Positions 1 through 12,008 of a stretch of DNA of 64,000 nt are shown in pieces. Below the pieces are notes generated by a model that did not search any database, had not been told where the DNA came from, and saw only the letters and a list, made by a program, of their open reading frames with translations. Origin of the DNA: Dimorphilus gyrociliatus. Its lineage: Eukaryota > Animalia > Annelida. Made by a program: the position numbers and the translations under genes. Every line of letters starts with the position of its first letter. The first letter of the stretch is position 1. The stretch covers positions 38,315 to 102,314 of the forward strand of contig CAJFCJ010000038.1 in NCBI GenBank assembly GCA_904063045.1, written 5' to 3'.

Positions 1-360
1 CAAAAGCAATTTAGATTTGGAAAAATATCAAGAAATTCTTGATAAATCTTTCCTAGAAAATTACAATAGGAACAAGTATTTATGCAGGATGATACTTTAA
101 GGTATCTAGATGAAAACAAGATAAGGCACTTGCAAGACTGGCCAGCCCAGAGTCCTGACCTAAATCCTATTGAAAATTTATGGTCATACCTAAAAGGAAG
201 GGTTGGTAAACACATGTGTACAAATGTAGATGATCTATGGAGGGTAACACAGCAAGATTTTGACAATATTCCAACTGGATATGTTGAAAAATTGTTTAAT
301 AGTTTTAGAAAGAGGCTACAGCTGTGTTTTTTCAATAAGGGTGGTCATACCAAGTATTAA
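1..360 (+). mobile_element. Degenerate Tc1/mariner transposase, C-terminal part
   Basis: DWPAQSPDLNPIENLW motif and terminal ...NKGGHTKY. The upstream frame reads LDLEKYQEILDK, joined by a frameshift near 78. The segment after QD (normally NAxxH...) is deleted. Confidence 0.85.
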
Positions 361-587
361 AAAGGTTTCAAAGTATTATTACTATATTATCCTTACCAAC
401 TAAGTAACAATTTACAGTTGAATTTCAATGACAAAACTCTATTACTATAAGTTAATTATTATATATTTTTATGTAAATATCAATTTTGCAGGTAAAACAC
501 TTGCTTCTTTTAGTATTAAATGTTCCATATTAAGAATATTGTTTAGATGACAAATATAGGATGAATGTGAACATTATGTTTGTTTAG

Positions 588-694
588 AATCCTGCCAAAG
601 TTTTAATGCTTGCTTACACAATAAAGGCTGGTACGATAATGGAATTTGCAAATGTCAACATCCGTGCAATAGTAGAATATGCAATTCAGATTAA
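588..694 (+). pseudogene. Orphan EGF-like exon (SCQSFNACLHNKGWYDNGICKCQHPCNSRICNSD*)
   Basis: Preceded by a tttgtttag acceptor; Cys spacing is EGF-like with one Cys replaced by Trp; no upstream exon identified. Confidence 0.3.
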
Positions 695-875
695 TTACTA
701 TTTCTTTTTGAATATTTATAGCTTCCATTAATGAAGATGATAAAAATGAAAACTGGTATGTGTTAAGAAATTATGAGAAAACAAAATATAAAAGATTCAA
801 TTGCTCTTGTATTTTTCAAATCAGGTATTCATATAATAAATATATATTGACTAAAATGATCTTTAGATTGGTGAG

Positions 876-2798
876 TTAGAATTTTAGTATTTTTGATGGA
901 AATTGATATTTTACTTTTTTCTGATTGGCTTTAGTCATTTGACACTTGGTAAAGTCAATCTTTAGTAATGTATTTATAGACCCTTCTAGACCTCTACATA
1001 TAGCTTTCCATCCTCTCTTTATATTTGTATTATCTGACAGGAGAACCTTTGTTATTTGTGAACAATTCTGTAATAAATTTCCAATAATTTCACATATAGA
1101 ATCATCTACATTGCAAGCTTGAAAGCCAATAATTTTTAAAGCATGAGATGACCTTTCTAGACCTTCACATATTTTAAAAATTCCATTTTTACCATTATAA
1201 TTCCAGCCAATATGCAACTCTTCAATATTTTGACAATCCATTAAAAATTCTCCTATACAAATAAACATTTTCTCATCTAATTGACAATCTTCAAAACATA
1301 AAATCTTGAGTGTTGCAGATGAATTTCTAACTGCATTACATATTTCAAATATTTCACTTTCATTCCATTCATTGACCTCAAAGAATATAGCTTCTAGTTT
1401 GATACATAGTTTTAATAGGTCCACAAGATTCCTACAATAATTAGAATCAATATTACCATTAGCAATATCTAAAATCGTTAATGATAATGATGATTTTTGA
1501 AGTGTTTTAAAAATACTGTCCAATTCCAAATCTTGATTATAACTAAGGTATATTCTTTCAATATTTTGACATTTTTTCAATAAATTTACCAAACAATTTC
1601 TAACATTTTCATTTAAATTACATTTTTCTATGTCAATAATCTGTAAAGTTTTGCATGATTTTTCCAATCCTTCACATATTTTTTTAAATCCATTTCCCAT
1701 GTTACAATTTTCCTTTAGATAAATATTTTGAATTTGACAACATTTTGCCAATAAATTGCCAATATGTACACACATGTTTTCAGTTAGACAACATCCTTCA
1801 AGGTCAATCTCTTTTAATGTAGTTGAAGAATATTCAAGACCTTTTACAATACTCAATAGACCATCTTCTCTAATATCAGGGTTTCCTTGTAGACAGAGTT
1901 CTTCTACCGTACAAGAGCTTTTTAAAAGATTCCCCAAGGCAATAGCCATATTTTCATTCAATTGACAAAAATTTAAATATATATATTTTAAATGTTTACT
2001 AGATTTTAAGAGTCCGTCAAAAATTTCAAGTAAACCATAACCTAACATTCTATTTTTTTCCAGAAATATTCCATTAATTTGTGAACAATTTTCTAATAAA
2101 TTTTTCAAACCATAACAAACACTTTCATCTAAATTGCAGTTTTTTAATGGAATGAATGTTATACTTGAACAAGATATTTGAAGACCTTCACAAATATTTA
2201 ATAATCCCTTACCCATATTTACATTTTCACCAAGATTAATTTTTTCAATTTTTGAACATTTAAATAATAAGTCTCTTATTAAATTACATTTTTTCTCATT
2301 CAAATTACAATTATACAAACTGATCTTTTTCAAAGTATTTGCAGATAGCTCAAGTCCTTTACAAATACTATGTAATCCTTTTCCCATATTCGGATTTCCT
2401 CCAATATAAATTTCTTCAAGTACAGTAAAATTTGACAACATTTTACCAAATTTTTCACAAGTATCTTTATCAAAATTACAACCAGTAATATCAATGTATT
2501 TTAAAGTTTTGGAAGATTGTTGAAGTTCTTTAATAATTATTAATAAATTGCTCTCAATACCTTGACTTTCCGATAGATTAACCTGTTCAATTTTACAGCA
2601 ATGACTAAATAGTTGAGCAATACTTAAGCAATTCTCCTTATCCAAATTATAACCTTGGAAATTAATTGATTTCAAGGTATTAGAAGAATTTTGAAGTACT
2701 TGAAAAATTCTTGTATATCCATTAGGCAATTTTTTCAACTTGATACCCTTACTTTTAGATGCCATTTTGTTTGAGATATCAACACCTATAATTCCCAT
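876..2798 (-). CDS. Intronless RNI-like leucine-rich-repeat protein, 640 aa, LRR-only
   Basis: Open 640-aa ORF made of 57-aa double-LRR units (xSxxTLKxIxLxxCNLxExxCxxxxxLLxxCxxIExIxLxxNxxMG). Confidence 0.9.
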   Translation of the reverse strand: MGIIGVDISNKMASKSKGIKLKKLPNGYTRIFQVLQNSSNTLKSINFQGYNLDKENCLSIAQLFSHCCKIEQVNLSESQGIESNLLIIIKELQQSSKTLKYIDITGCNFDKDTCEKFGKMLSNFTVLEEIYIGGNPNMGKGLHSICKGLELSANTLKKISLYNCNLNEKKCNLIRDLLFKCSKIEKINLGENVNMGKGLLNICEGLQISCSSITFIPLKNCNLDESVCYGLKNLLENCSQINGIFLEKNRMLGYGLLEIFDGLLKSSKHLKYIYLNFCQLNENMAIALGNLLKSSCTVEELCLQGNPDIREDGLLSIVKGLEYSSTTLKEIDLEGCCLTENMCVHIGNLLAKCCQIQNIYLKENCNMGNGFKKICEGLEKSCKTLQIIDIEKCNLNENVRNCLVNLLKKCQNIERIYLSYNQDLELDSIFKTLQKSSLSLTILDIANGNIDSNYCRNLVDLLKLCIKLEAIFFEVNEWNESEIFEICNAVRNSSATLKILCFEDCQLDEKMFICIGEFLMDCQNIEELHIGWNYNGKNGIFKICEGLERSSHALKIIGFQACNVDDSICEIIGNLLQNCSQITKVLLSDNTNIKRGWKAICRGLEGSINTLLKIDFTKCQMTKANQKKVKYQFPSKILKF

Positions 2799-3165
2799 TC
2801 GATATTGACTTTTTGTTTAGTAATATTAGGCTTGTAGCTATGAACATGAGTTTAGAATTGTACAATACTAGTAAGGCCAGTTGGATATTGATCTAAAGTT
2901 TATATTGACTACAGAGTAGCAACGATGGATTTATACAAGTGTTATGACAATAAATGATTTTTATAAAAGTTGCAGAAATTAAAATACCATAAGATCATTC
3001 AACATTTTTCTGACGTAAATATCCATTAAATCCTCCATTGAGTCTGATAGAGAAATATTGTCATCTTGACAATCAAATGTAATTGATGTTGTTGTTTTGA
3101 AAATCTGAATATACAGCATTATCTGTGAGGATATCCTGTTATCCTCTTTACTAATCTAGAATGTA

Positions 3166-3601
3166 GGCATTGGGAGAAAACGGTCTGGTAGGCTAAAGTT
3201 TACGGTAAGGAAAAGGTGACAGATTTTGCAAAAAATAAAAATAGGTGTATGCCTTAAAACAATTCATCAAGGGGCTGAAAAGAAAATGTGAAGTTTAAAC
3301 AGTTAGAAAAAGAGCGGATTTCATGGCAAATAATCGCACCAAAATAAAAAAAATTCTATAACATCAAACAATCAGCGATAACCTAGATGATGTTTAAATG
3401 GACAGGAAGTACATCTTTCCGCAAAAACATGGTGGTTATAATACTGCAAGAAGAACTAAGAGTCTTTAGGTTGAATGGCATCAATCCTTTTGATTGTTCG
3501 GCAAAGAACCCCAGCCTAAATTGGATTGAGAACAATTTCAATCTGAGGATGAACATCTTAGGATGTTTTTTTCCCACCCTAGGACGTTTCTTCCCGACCC
3601 C
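3166..3601. mobile_element. MITE-like element with MULE-type termini
   Basis: Left end GGCATTGGGAGAAAACGG versus right end (reverse complement) GGGGTCGGGAAGAAACGTCC, with a second subterminal repeat GGGAAAAAAACATCC. Resembles the ends of the MULEs at 27.4 and 40.3 kb. No clean TSD. Confidence 0.5.
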
Positions 3602-4097
3602 AGATTTTGTTAGTGTAGTAAAAAAGAATAATTTAGGGACCATAAATAAAATGGATATGAACATGGATGATATATACAAATTATGTTTTATTAATCTTTC
3701 AAAAAGTAATATTATACTTGACCCTTCTATGAATAATGAAAAAAACATTGAAAAGTGTATAAATGGATTAATTGACATCATTCCTGCTAAATTAGAGACT
3801 AATGAATTACAACTTTATCATTTATCATTTCAGGAATACTTTTCAGCTAAATATCTAATAAAAGAGTTTGAGAACAAATCTAAACAAATAATTTGGATAT
3901 TGAAAACTTCATTAAATGAGGAGAAAACTTTGAATGAAGTGTTTAAAGAAAACAACAATTTAAGGATATATAATACTTTATATTTTGTTCAACAATATTC
4001 TCAATCAATATTTCAAAGTATTCTACTCTCTTCTCCAATTGCACAACAAATTTTTGATTGTAGTGAAAATGTAGAAAAGTATTTATCCAATGGGTGA
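3602..4097 (+). pseudogene. NLR relic: NACHT winged-helix/HD2 region
   Basis: LYHLSFQEYFSAKYL matches the NACHT-associated FxHLSFQEYFAA motif. No P-loop is present and the frame stops at 4097. Confidence 0.7.
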
Positions 4098-5606
4098 GAA
4101 AACAACAAGGAGATTAATTTAAAAAATGAACATTTAAATTATACTATACTTAGCCTATTAATAAAATTCAGAGGAAATCAAAATGTACTAAAATAAAAAC
4201 ATTAATATTAGAAAATCTTACTGATATACGTCTATATCTAGAGTTTTGTGGAATGGATTTAAGGTGATATGTGATAAACTCAAATCCCTTAAATATTTAT
4301 TATGTTAGATAATAAATTTTGATTTGCTCCATGAGTGCGTTCTTTGCTCCTCTTTATAAATGATTTTCCTTGATGACAATTTTTTGCAAGACATCTATAC
4401 TTTTGACCAGTTGTCTTCCAACCCTAATTACTTGAAAGTTATTATTCACAATTTCTTGGAATATGTCAATGATCCCATTCTCGGTTATTTTAGTATCATT
4501 TGCATTTGAATATGTTAGACCATCTTCATCCATGTTAACTTCATTTTCAGCATTATCCGTTGCATCTCTCTCTTCTATTTTGTATTATCTAGTCCTGTCA
4601 TTTGTAGAAGAGATTGTCTTTCTCAAGATCCAGACAGACTAATTTCCTCAAATCTGAAAGAAAATAATTATATATTTTCAATTGACCAGATGAATTAAAT
4701 ATTCTTGTGGATGATATATTTTTCATAAAGAAGCTCATTACATTGAAAATTTGCCAAATTTTCTTTTTTGTCTTCCATAAACTGTAAGTTTGAATTTTTT
4801 ACATTTTATGGCCATATTTGAAAGTATGGAGATTGGAAATGTAAAATTTAATATTTGAAAAGCAGTGAATAAGTTTGAAGTATCATATGATTGCAATCTA
4901 ACCAATATGAAGAGCATTGAAAATTTAATTACTTTTTTAACATTTATTCCTATCCATTTATCATAATTCCATGACTAGGAGCTAGTCTATATTTCTATTT
5001 TTTAAATTATTAATTGAAAACTCAATTGGGTAAGAAAACATTCTTATTGACTTGTGTATATCAAATATATTTATTCTACTTTCATTCAGCCTGAAAAACT
5101 GGTCTCGCTTCTTCTTTTTGCCATTGAAACCTTCACAGTGTTACTTGGTAAATTGACTTTGTTTCTATTTGTGTAATGATAAGTATTTATTAAAAGCTAT
5201 TTAAAACTGGATTAGAGTTTTTTCTATCAAGGTAGCCATAACTTTTAAAAGATGCACTTTTTTTGAAAATATAGCAAGATATTGAGCTCATGGTTCAATA
5301 AATTTTGAAAATATATTCTATAATTAGCAAAAACACTATTTTAGATTTGAAAAACCACAACAATTTTAATAAAGGAAAGACAAATAACATACTGAAAACT
5401 AGTATATAAAAAAAAGAAAACTGGTATACTTTTTGCAATTGTTAATTTTTATTTTTATAGTTGATATTTATATTCTTTTTATTTAGGTTATGAGTATTTT
5501 TCATAGTACTATTGACGTTTTCCATGACCCCCCTATTTTTACCATTTTTATCCTTGTGCTGAATTCTTATATTGTATTAAATTATAAGAGAAATTCAGAA
5601 ATTTCA

Positions 5607-5939
5607 TCAAGATATCACACACATTCTGGATTGTTTTTTATGAAATTCTTTTACGGCCTTCTGCATTTGTCTTAATTCGTTGTCATACTTCTCCAACAGT
5701 TTCTCATCTTCTCTATCTGAAGCTTTTCTTTTTTCATTAATTATTTTCATTAGCTCTTGATGTGATTTTTTCAAACTATCCAACTGTTTTTGATAACCAT
5801 AATTCATTAATTTATCATGCATTTCTATAGCTGCGATTTCGTTTTGACACATAGCAACAAGTTCAATTTCTCGTCTAACTATTTGATTTTCCCTTTCCTT
5901 GATTTCCATCATTTCCTTCATTAGAAAACTCTCAGACAT
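5607..5939 (-). CDS. Coiled-coil ORF ending in CaaX (KKQSRMCVIS*); probably a terminal exon or truncated gene
   Basis: E/K/Q/M-rich heptad sequence with a C-terminal CVIS. An in-frame TAG lies shortly upstream of the ATG. Confidence 0.5.
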   Translation of the reverse strand: MSESFLMKEMMEIKERENQIVRREIELVAMCQNEIAAIEMHDKLMNYGYQKQLDSLKKSHQELMKIINEKRKASDREDEKLLEKYDNELRQMQKAVKEFHKKQSRMCVIS

Positions 5940-6989
5940 TTTAATTCTTTTGGTCTAATACCACTCCACAGAGATTGAGAAATAATCTTTCATTCAGGCA
6001 GTGTTTCGTTACGAACCTATGTAATTCTATTCAATTATTATTTTATTCTTCCTATATAACTAAATGTTTTATATCTCGATTCTCCAAAAGGTATGACTCA
6101 CACATTTGTTCGTGTATATAGTTACTGTTTGAGTATTACTCATTGGTAAAATGGTGGAAGAAATGTTTTGAACTATACAATTACTAGAATCTTCTTTATC
6201 AGAGTGATAATCAAGGTAGATATATTGAAAATATATTGATTTATTTCAGGAATATTTAAAAAAATACAATAATGATGGATTGCAGGTGGTTAAAAACAGG
6301 AAAGATGTTTTTTTAGAAGGTGCAGATGGCACTGTATTAACCATAGTAGGATGGTTGTAGTTGAAAAATAGAACCTACTCACCACAGGCACTAAAGTAAA
6401 CAGTTCTGAGAGGAGTTCTTGCCCAAGAAGAGAAAAAATGATCCTTTGCTGACATTGTTGAATCAATTCCCATTTTATTTGCATAGATAATATGTTTGTC
6501 ATGCTGGGTAAGTGTATCCTGGATGAAATCCAAAACTTGAAGGAACTATTGATTTTTTTCCCAACATCTTCCCTTATTCCAAGTTGTAGTAACTCTGTTA
6601 GTCCTTTTATCAGACTGGGATAGGTCTACTTTCATCCTAATGGCAGACATGTATAAACATTGTGTATTGTGTGTACAATACTGCTGATTAGTAAATCAAA
6701 TCTTAACTTTGATTTAAAGCATAATTCCTATTTAATTCAACTGCTTCTAGTTTAAATTCATAAATTTAAAGATTAATAAACAGTAATATCAATGCTAGGT
6801 TGCAAATAGCGCTATTCTGTAGATAATTTAATGGAATATATTGCTGCGCACTGTATATGCCAGTGTATTAAAATGCAATTAGAACTAATAATAATAAAAT
6901 GTGGAGGGATTCCATAATCGATTGAATGAGAACTAAAGACCAAATTCCTCATTCTATTACTAAATAGATTATTGATGTTAGAGCCTGTA

Positions 6990-7190
6990 GATTAGATGAA
7001 GAACAATGCACAAAGTTATTAAGTCTTCTGAAAAAATGTTCAAAAATTGAAATGATAAATTTATCAGATAATTTTTTAGTGGAAATGGAATTTTTGAGAT
7101 TTTTGAAATATGTGAGAAACCACCAAAAATGTTAAAGTTTCTTTATGCGAATGATTCTTGTTTTTCATCAATTGATCAAAATCAAATATA
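6990..7190 (+). pseudogene. LRR fragment of the local RNI-like family
   Basis: EEQCTKLLSLLKKCSKIEMINLSDN, then a frameshift to GNGIFEIFEICE. Confidence 0.7.
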
Positions 7191-7207
7191 ATTGTCTATC
7201 TGTAGGC

Positions 7208-7600
7208 CTATTTTATCCCAAACATCCACTTTTGAAATGCAATGCCAGCAGGTTGAAATTTTGAAATCCTATCTTTGTGCACATTTTTATAAACTGAAAT
7301 ATTATGACTAATCCAAAGAAAGAATGCGGCTGCACCTGTACTGGCTTCTTTTACTTGTAAATTTATTGAAGATATTATCTGATTAGCCCTGAGTACAATA
7401 CTAGGGTGCAATTTTAATTTTATACATCTCTGATCCAGTTAAAGAATTCTGTACTGTAAACTTCTGATTGATTTTAGGTTGTCCATCAATTTGTTTGCCT
7501 TTGACAGTTCATTATTTAATGAATAGCAAATTGGTTTTATTGATGCTATCTTTAAAATTGAGTTCAATGCATCATAATCCATATCATCAACTGCTTTTCG
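7208..7600 (-). pseudogene. Relic resembling a dynein-stalk (MT)-like domain protein
   Basis: Reads ...SIRSLQYRIL*LDQRCI...ANQIISSINLQVKEASTGAAAFFLWI, with one in-frame stop and an apparent internal deletion. Similarity recognised by eye only. Confidence 0.3.
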
Positions 7601-8132
7601 ACGTTTTTAAAATGAATGAAAATTATCTGAAAATCTTAAACTCATTTTTAAAAATAGACTTTGTTTACCAATTGTAATTGGGAACAACTCGGTTATTCGA
7701 TAGAGATGGGAATAATGAAGGTGTGTTTTTGAGTCTTCAATGTAAAGTATTTGTTTTTATAATAAAAGCTGTTGTCATTGGTTACCTATAATAATATTTT
7801 GAGTTAGGAATGGGTTAGGAAATTTTTTAAGCAATTAATCTGTAATTAGGCAAGTTCAAACCAACGGTTAGCAACACTGAAGTACATGAAACAGGGTACG
7901 GTGTTGGGTTAGGGTTAAGTAAAACCACCAAACTATGGTTGTTTTCAACAACATCCCTATTATTTGAATACATTTTTGAATACTAAATATCTGGCATGAA
8001 CATAATTGAATATTTTTTTAACATTGCTTCCAAATGTAATTGTATAATTATTTCAATCTGCGTTTTATTTAAACTAGATTCAATTTCAATCAAAGTTTGA
8101 TTTAAACCAGTTTGAACCAAACCAGAAAATAA

Positions 8133-8927
8133 CTATTGCATTGTACAAACACTTGACTTTTCTTTTTCTATTGCTTCTCTTCTCTTCCGCATCTCTGTGA
8201 GAAAATTCTCTTGCTGTTCTCTTTTACTTCTTCTTTTATCCTCCATAGCTTCAGTTGTCTCTAGTAATCTCTGGCTAGCCTGTTCTGCTATCCTGTGTAA
8301 ATGTTGAAAATGTTGTTGTGTCTCCAATTCGCGCGTCATCTGCAGTTCTCTCAATTTATGACCAAGTTTAATGGCTGTCGCAATTTTAAACTGCTGTTTA
8401 CTTTCCTCTATCATAGTTTCTAATTGTTTCCTAAAAACCATTTTCGCCATATCTTGCATTTGTCTACGCTCTTTTCTCCATGATAGTAAGTCTAGATTGT
8501 TTTCTTCATTTTCATCTTCTTCTTTTTCTTCAATTCTGAAAGGAGCCTTTGATATCTTTTTTTTCATTGTTGAAATATTACAAAAAGGATGGCTTTTTTC
8601 AATGCATTCAGAGCAAAGATCTTCTTGTTCATGCTTATTGCAATAAAATATGGCCTCTCTCTTATGGTAAACACAGCTTTTTTTTATGACCATTATATTT
8701 CTTTCATCAAAATAGAATGGCCTTTTTAAATATTCTATTTTCTTTACTTCTATTTGTTTACATGTAGGACAAGTCAATGGATCTGGAAGTCCAACCAAAC
8801 AATCCTTGCAAAATATATGCCGACATTCAAGCACCCTTGGGTTATTGCTCAACCATGATTCTAGACAAACAGCACATCTGACATCATCCTCCTGAAAAAC
8901 GAGTAGTTCAGATTTCTGATTACTCAT
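8133..8927 (-). CDS. Intronless RING-B-box-coiled-coil (TRIM/RBCC-like) protein ending in CaaX (SSVCTMQ*), 264 aa from MSNQK
   Basis: C3HC4 RING (CAVC...CRHIFCKDC...CPTC), B-box (CVYH...CNKH...CSEC...H), acidic linker, long coiled coil, terminal CTMQ. Confidence 0.88.
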   Translation of the reverse strand: MSNQKSELLVFQEDDVRCAVCLESWLSNNPRVLECRHIFCKDCLVGLPDPLTCPTCKQIEVKKIEYLKRPFYFDERNIMVIKKSCVYHKREAIFYCNKHEQEDLCSECIEKSHPFCNISTMKKKISKAPFRIEEKEEDENEENNLDLLSWRKERRQMQDMAKMVFRKQLETMIEESKQQFKIATAIKLGHKLRELQMTRELETQQHFQHLHRIAEQASQRLLETTEAMEDKRRSKREQQENFLTEMRKRREAIEKEKSSVCTMQ

Positions 8928-9779
8928 ATCAATTAGAAAGCAAAAGCAAAGAGCAGCAGTCACTCAAATTATCTGTTTCTGTTTGCTTTAGTGCCCATGG
9001 TGAGTTGGTTCTATTTTTCCATTATAACCATCTCACTATGGTTAATACAGTGCCATCTGCACAGTACAACACTGGTTGAATACTACTTATCTATTGTAAG
9101 ATACAGCTGACGAATGTATGTGTACAACTACCCCACCCCTTTAAGACGTTTCTCTCAAGTCCTATAGTTGTTATAGATGTGAATGAATTCTCAAAAATTA
9201 TATGAACATCTGCAGCAGGATCAATCATAAATATTAGATATATTAGTAATATATGAGCCCTTGACTCATAAATGTTCATTTCGATTTGGCAAGTTTAATA
9301 GAAATTCTTTCCACTCAAGATTATACTCTCTATCTTTATACTTCATTTCGAATATTTCATTTGGTTTTTTTTTCATTCTTTTGAAAATATATCTGGAATT
9401 TTTAATCAAATCATTTATATAATTGAAATGAAAAGATAAATATAAACTGCAATAATTTGTTCGAAATTGGGAACCATTTGAAAACTAGTCATATTACAGT
9501 TGTCACTATTAAAATTGCAGTAGAATAGATAATTAATTAGATGGTAAAAGAAAATTTGAACTTTGAGCTTCTAAAAAACTATGAATTGTTTTCTACTCAG
9601 AAAGAGTCATATATTCTCATTCAACAGATTTTGTGGAATATCTCAAAAGAGATTAGTCTTTTCTTTTGGTGATGTGCTTGCAAAAATAAGAGTTAATATT
9701 GATGGAAGAAAAAAGATATTACTGCCATCGAATGTGGCTGTAGATTATCATCTTCACAATGTTGGCAGATTTTGAATAT

Positions 9780-10280
9780 TCATGATCTAATCTCAATCAA
9801 AGCACATTTGAAGCGATGGCTAAATTTTTTATGTCATGTCAACAATTAGTTAGGGTTGATTTAAGTGGAAATGAAGAAATTGGATCATCCATTCAAGATA
9901 TATGCAATGGTTTGTTGTACTCTAAAAATATTCTTGAAAAGCTTTACCTAAAAGATTGCAATTTAAATGAGGAATAGTGCCACATTTTGGGTCATTTTTT
10001 AAAAGAGTGTCCTAATATTTCTACCTTGGTGTTAGACAATAACACCAATATGGGTAATGGTTTAAAAACCATTTGCCAGAGTTTAAAACAATCACATGTA
10101 TCACTGTTGATGTTTTTCTCAGAAAATTGCAATCTTAATTCTCAGCAAGGTGAGTGGCTGGATAATTTGAGGAAAGATACCCATAAGACTTTTTGGTTCT
10201 TCATTAATGGTAATAGTAACATTGGTCATAATTTACCAAATGTTTTTAACTTGCCAATACCAATAAAATTACGAAAATAA
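9780..10280 (+). pseudogene. LRR pseudogene
   Basis: VDLSGNEEIGSSIQDICNGLLYSKNILEKLYLKDCNLNEE*CHILGHFLKECPNI..., with an in-frame TAG near 9975. Confidence 0.85.
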
Positions 10281-10469
10281 CAATGTTCTTGTGTGGTTTT
10301 TCAGAATAATTAAAAATTCATATTTAATAAAAAGAAATTGAAATATTAGTCATAATACTCAAGTGTGGGTGAACCTAAAAGGCTTTACTTGGATCAATAC
10401 TTTATTGAATTGGTAACTGATTGCAGAGGATGAGTACTCTTTTGACAAACCAGAAATTTCTACAATTAA

Positions 10470-10605
10470 AATAGAAAAAAGTAAAATTTCCCAACATTTT
10501 GCTCTGTTCTTCATTCAAGTTACACCAAGACAAGTGGAGATTCTTTAATATATTTTGATGACTGTTCAAATCCTTTGCAATGTCGAAAATTTCATTTCCT
10601 ATCTG
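10470..10605 (-). pseudogene. Single LRR module fragment
   Basis: IGNEIFDIAKDLNSHQNILKNLHLSWCNLNEEQSKMLGNF; its 5' side is cut exactly where the repeat at 10608 begins. Confidence 0.7.
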
Positions 10606-10607
10606 TT

Positions 10608-10851
10608 GTACAACTTTGGTTATATTTTACATGCTTGAACTCTACTATTTTATGCAACTTATACAACATGTACATCTTAAAACCTATACAAGAAAATGCT
10701 ATAAAATTGGCCAAACATAAGTCTGATTAGTCAGCTTGAAGGCTCATCTTTAATTACCAATAAAGGTTTGGCCAAGTTATAATTTAATTAACCTTCCTAA
10801 ATGTTCAACCTTGTAACATCCTCTTACTAAACATAAATATGAACTACACAT
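10608..10851 (+). repeat. About 245-bp dispersed repeat, copy 1 (copy 2 at 30183-30421)
   Basis: Colinear high identity, e.g. acatgcttgaactcta, ttggccaaac...gtttggccaag, aaatatgaactacacat. Confidence 0.9.
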
Positions 10852-11662
10852 TTCGGCAACTGTAAAGTGATGATTGGATGTCAGAGGCAAACCTCAAAAG
10901 TATATAAATCCTCACTATTCTCATTTGGCATGCAGCTTCCATCTGGACCCATGGACCTGGGAAAATCATCTGGAAACAACCTCCACTGGAACCATCCATC
11001 TACTCCTCAACATTAGAAGACAGTTTGGTAATTTGGCAACCTGCTATTACGAACTATCTACTCTGCTATTGAATTCTCATATTGTTACTTGCTTAAGTAT
11101 TATTATTGTGAATAAACCATTTTAATTTAAACATTTGTTTAAAGGTTCGAGTAGAACCAGTATTGTTATAACTTGCAAACGCATAGATTTTGCCAGCAAG
11201 AGCAGTACACTGTTTATTAAAACTTGACTTTTTAATCCTCCAATAAATTGTACATCATTCATTTTTTAAAGTTCAAATTCTGTTTTTATATAGCTATAGG
11301 GGACATTTTCTGTTGATTCTGTATTTTACTATAATAACAAGAAAATATTCAAAATTTATGACATATATGTTGGTTTTTAACTTTTTACAGGTATAAAGTT
11401 AAAACTACAGAGAGATTAAGAGAAATCATCTTCTAACAAAGTAAATTTATATAATTGTACTTACCTGCTGGGGGTTGTAGGTAAGTACTGGTCCAAATAG
11501 AACCGAATTAGGAGTAAGCCACTTGGAAGTGAGATGTAGAATTGAGGGAGGATGAATAAGGTACAAAATCGTAAGAATATTATAACTGTATTCTAAAGTA
11601 ATACTAGACCTGTTCAATAAAAGGGTTGATTCAGGATTGAATACCTGTTATTACCTACACCC

Positions 11663-11984
11663 TGCTTTCATACAATTCCTTATCAGTTGTTTATGCTTTA
11701 GCTGTCAACAACAAGGGTCTAACCCAAGATAACGATTGTTCACAACAAACACAGCTTTGTGTAGCTGAAACCTCAGGGTTAGTTATTACATCACATTTAT
11801 GTAAATAAACACTTGTTGTTTTCAATGTGTTTGGTTATGTAACATCTTATCCTGTGCCTATAAAAGGGGTTGATTATGGCAGTTCGGTACCATCTACCCT
11901 GGAGGCAACATCTACTTCAACACTTGTACTATATAGCAAGTATTATTTATATAAACTCTATTAAGTATTGGTCATAATAGCTCA
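11663..11984 (+). promoter_or_regulatory. Repeated TATA-exon-donor cassette, copy A
   Basis: CCTATAAAAGGGG (TATA at 11859-11865), then ggcagttcggtaccatctaccc..., then a GCAAGT donor variant at 11936. Homologous to 30922-31287 and 37190-37400. Confidence 0.6.
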
Positions 11985-12008
11985 TTTTTAAAAGGAAAAG
12001 CTTTTTCT

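Noticed and set aside
3383-3601. N-terminal part of ORF 3387-4097 and the antisense ORF 3383-3781
   Set aside because: They run through a MITE-like element. Only the part after 3601 has NACHT similarity.
4310-4660. Minus-strand exon-like segment after a ttttctttcag acceptor
   Set aside because: All frames contain stops and no family could be recognised.
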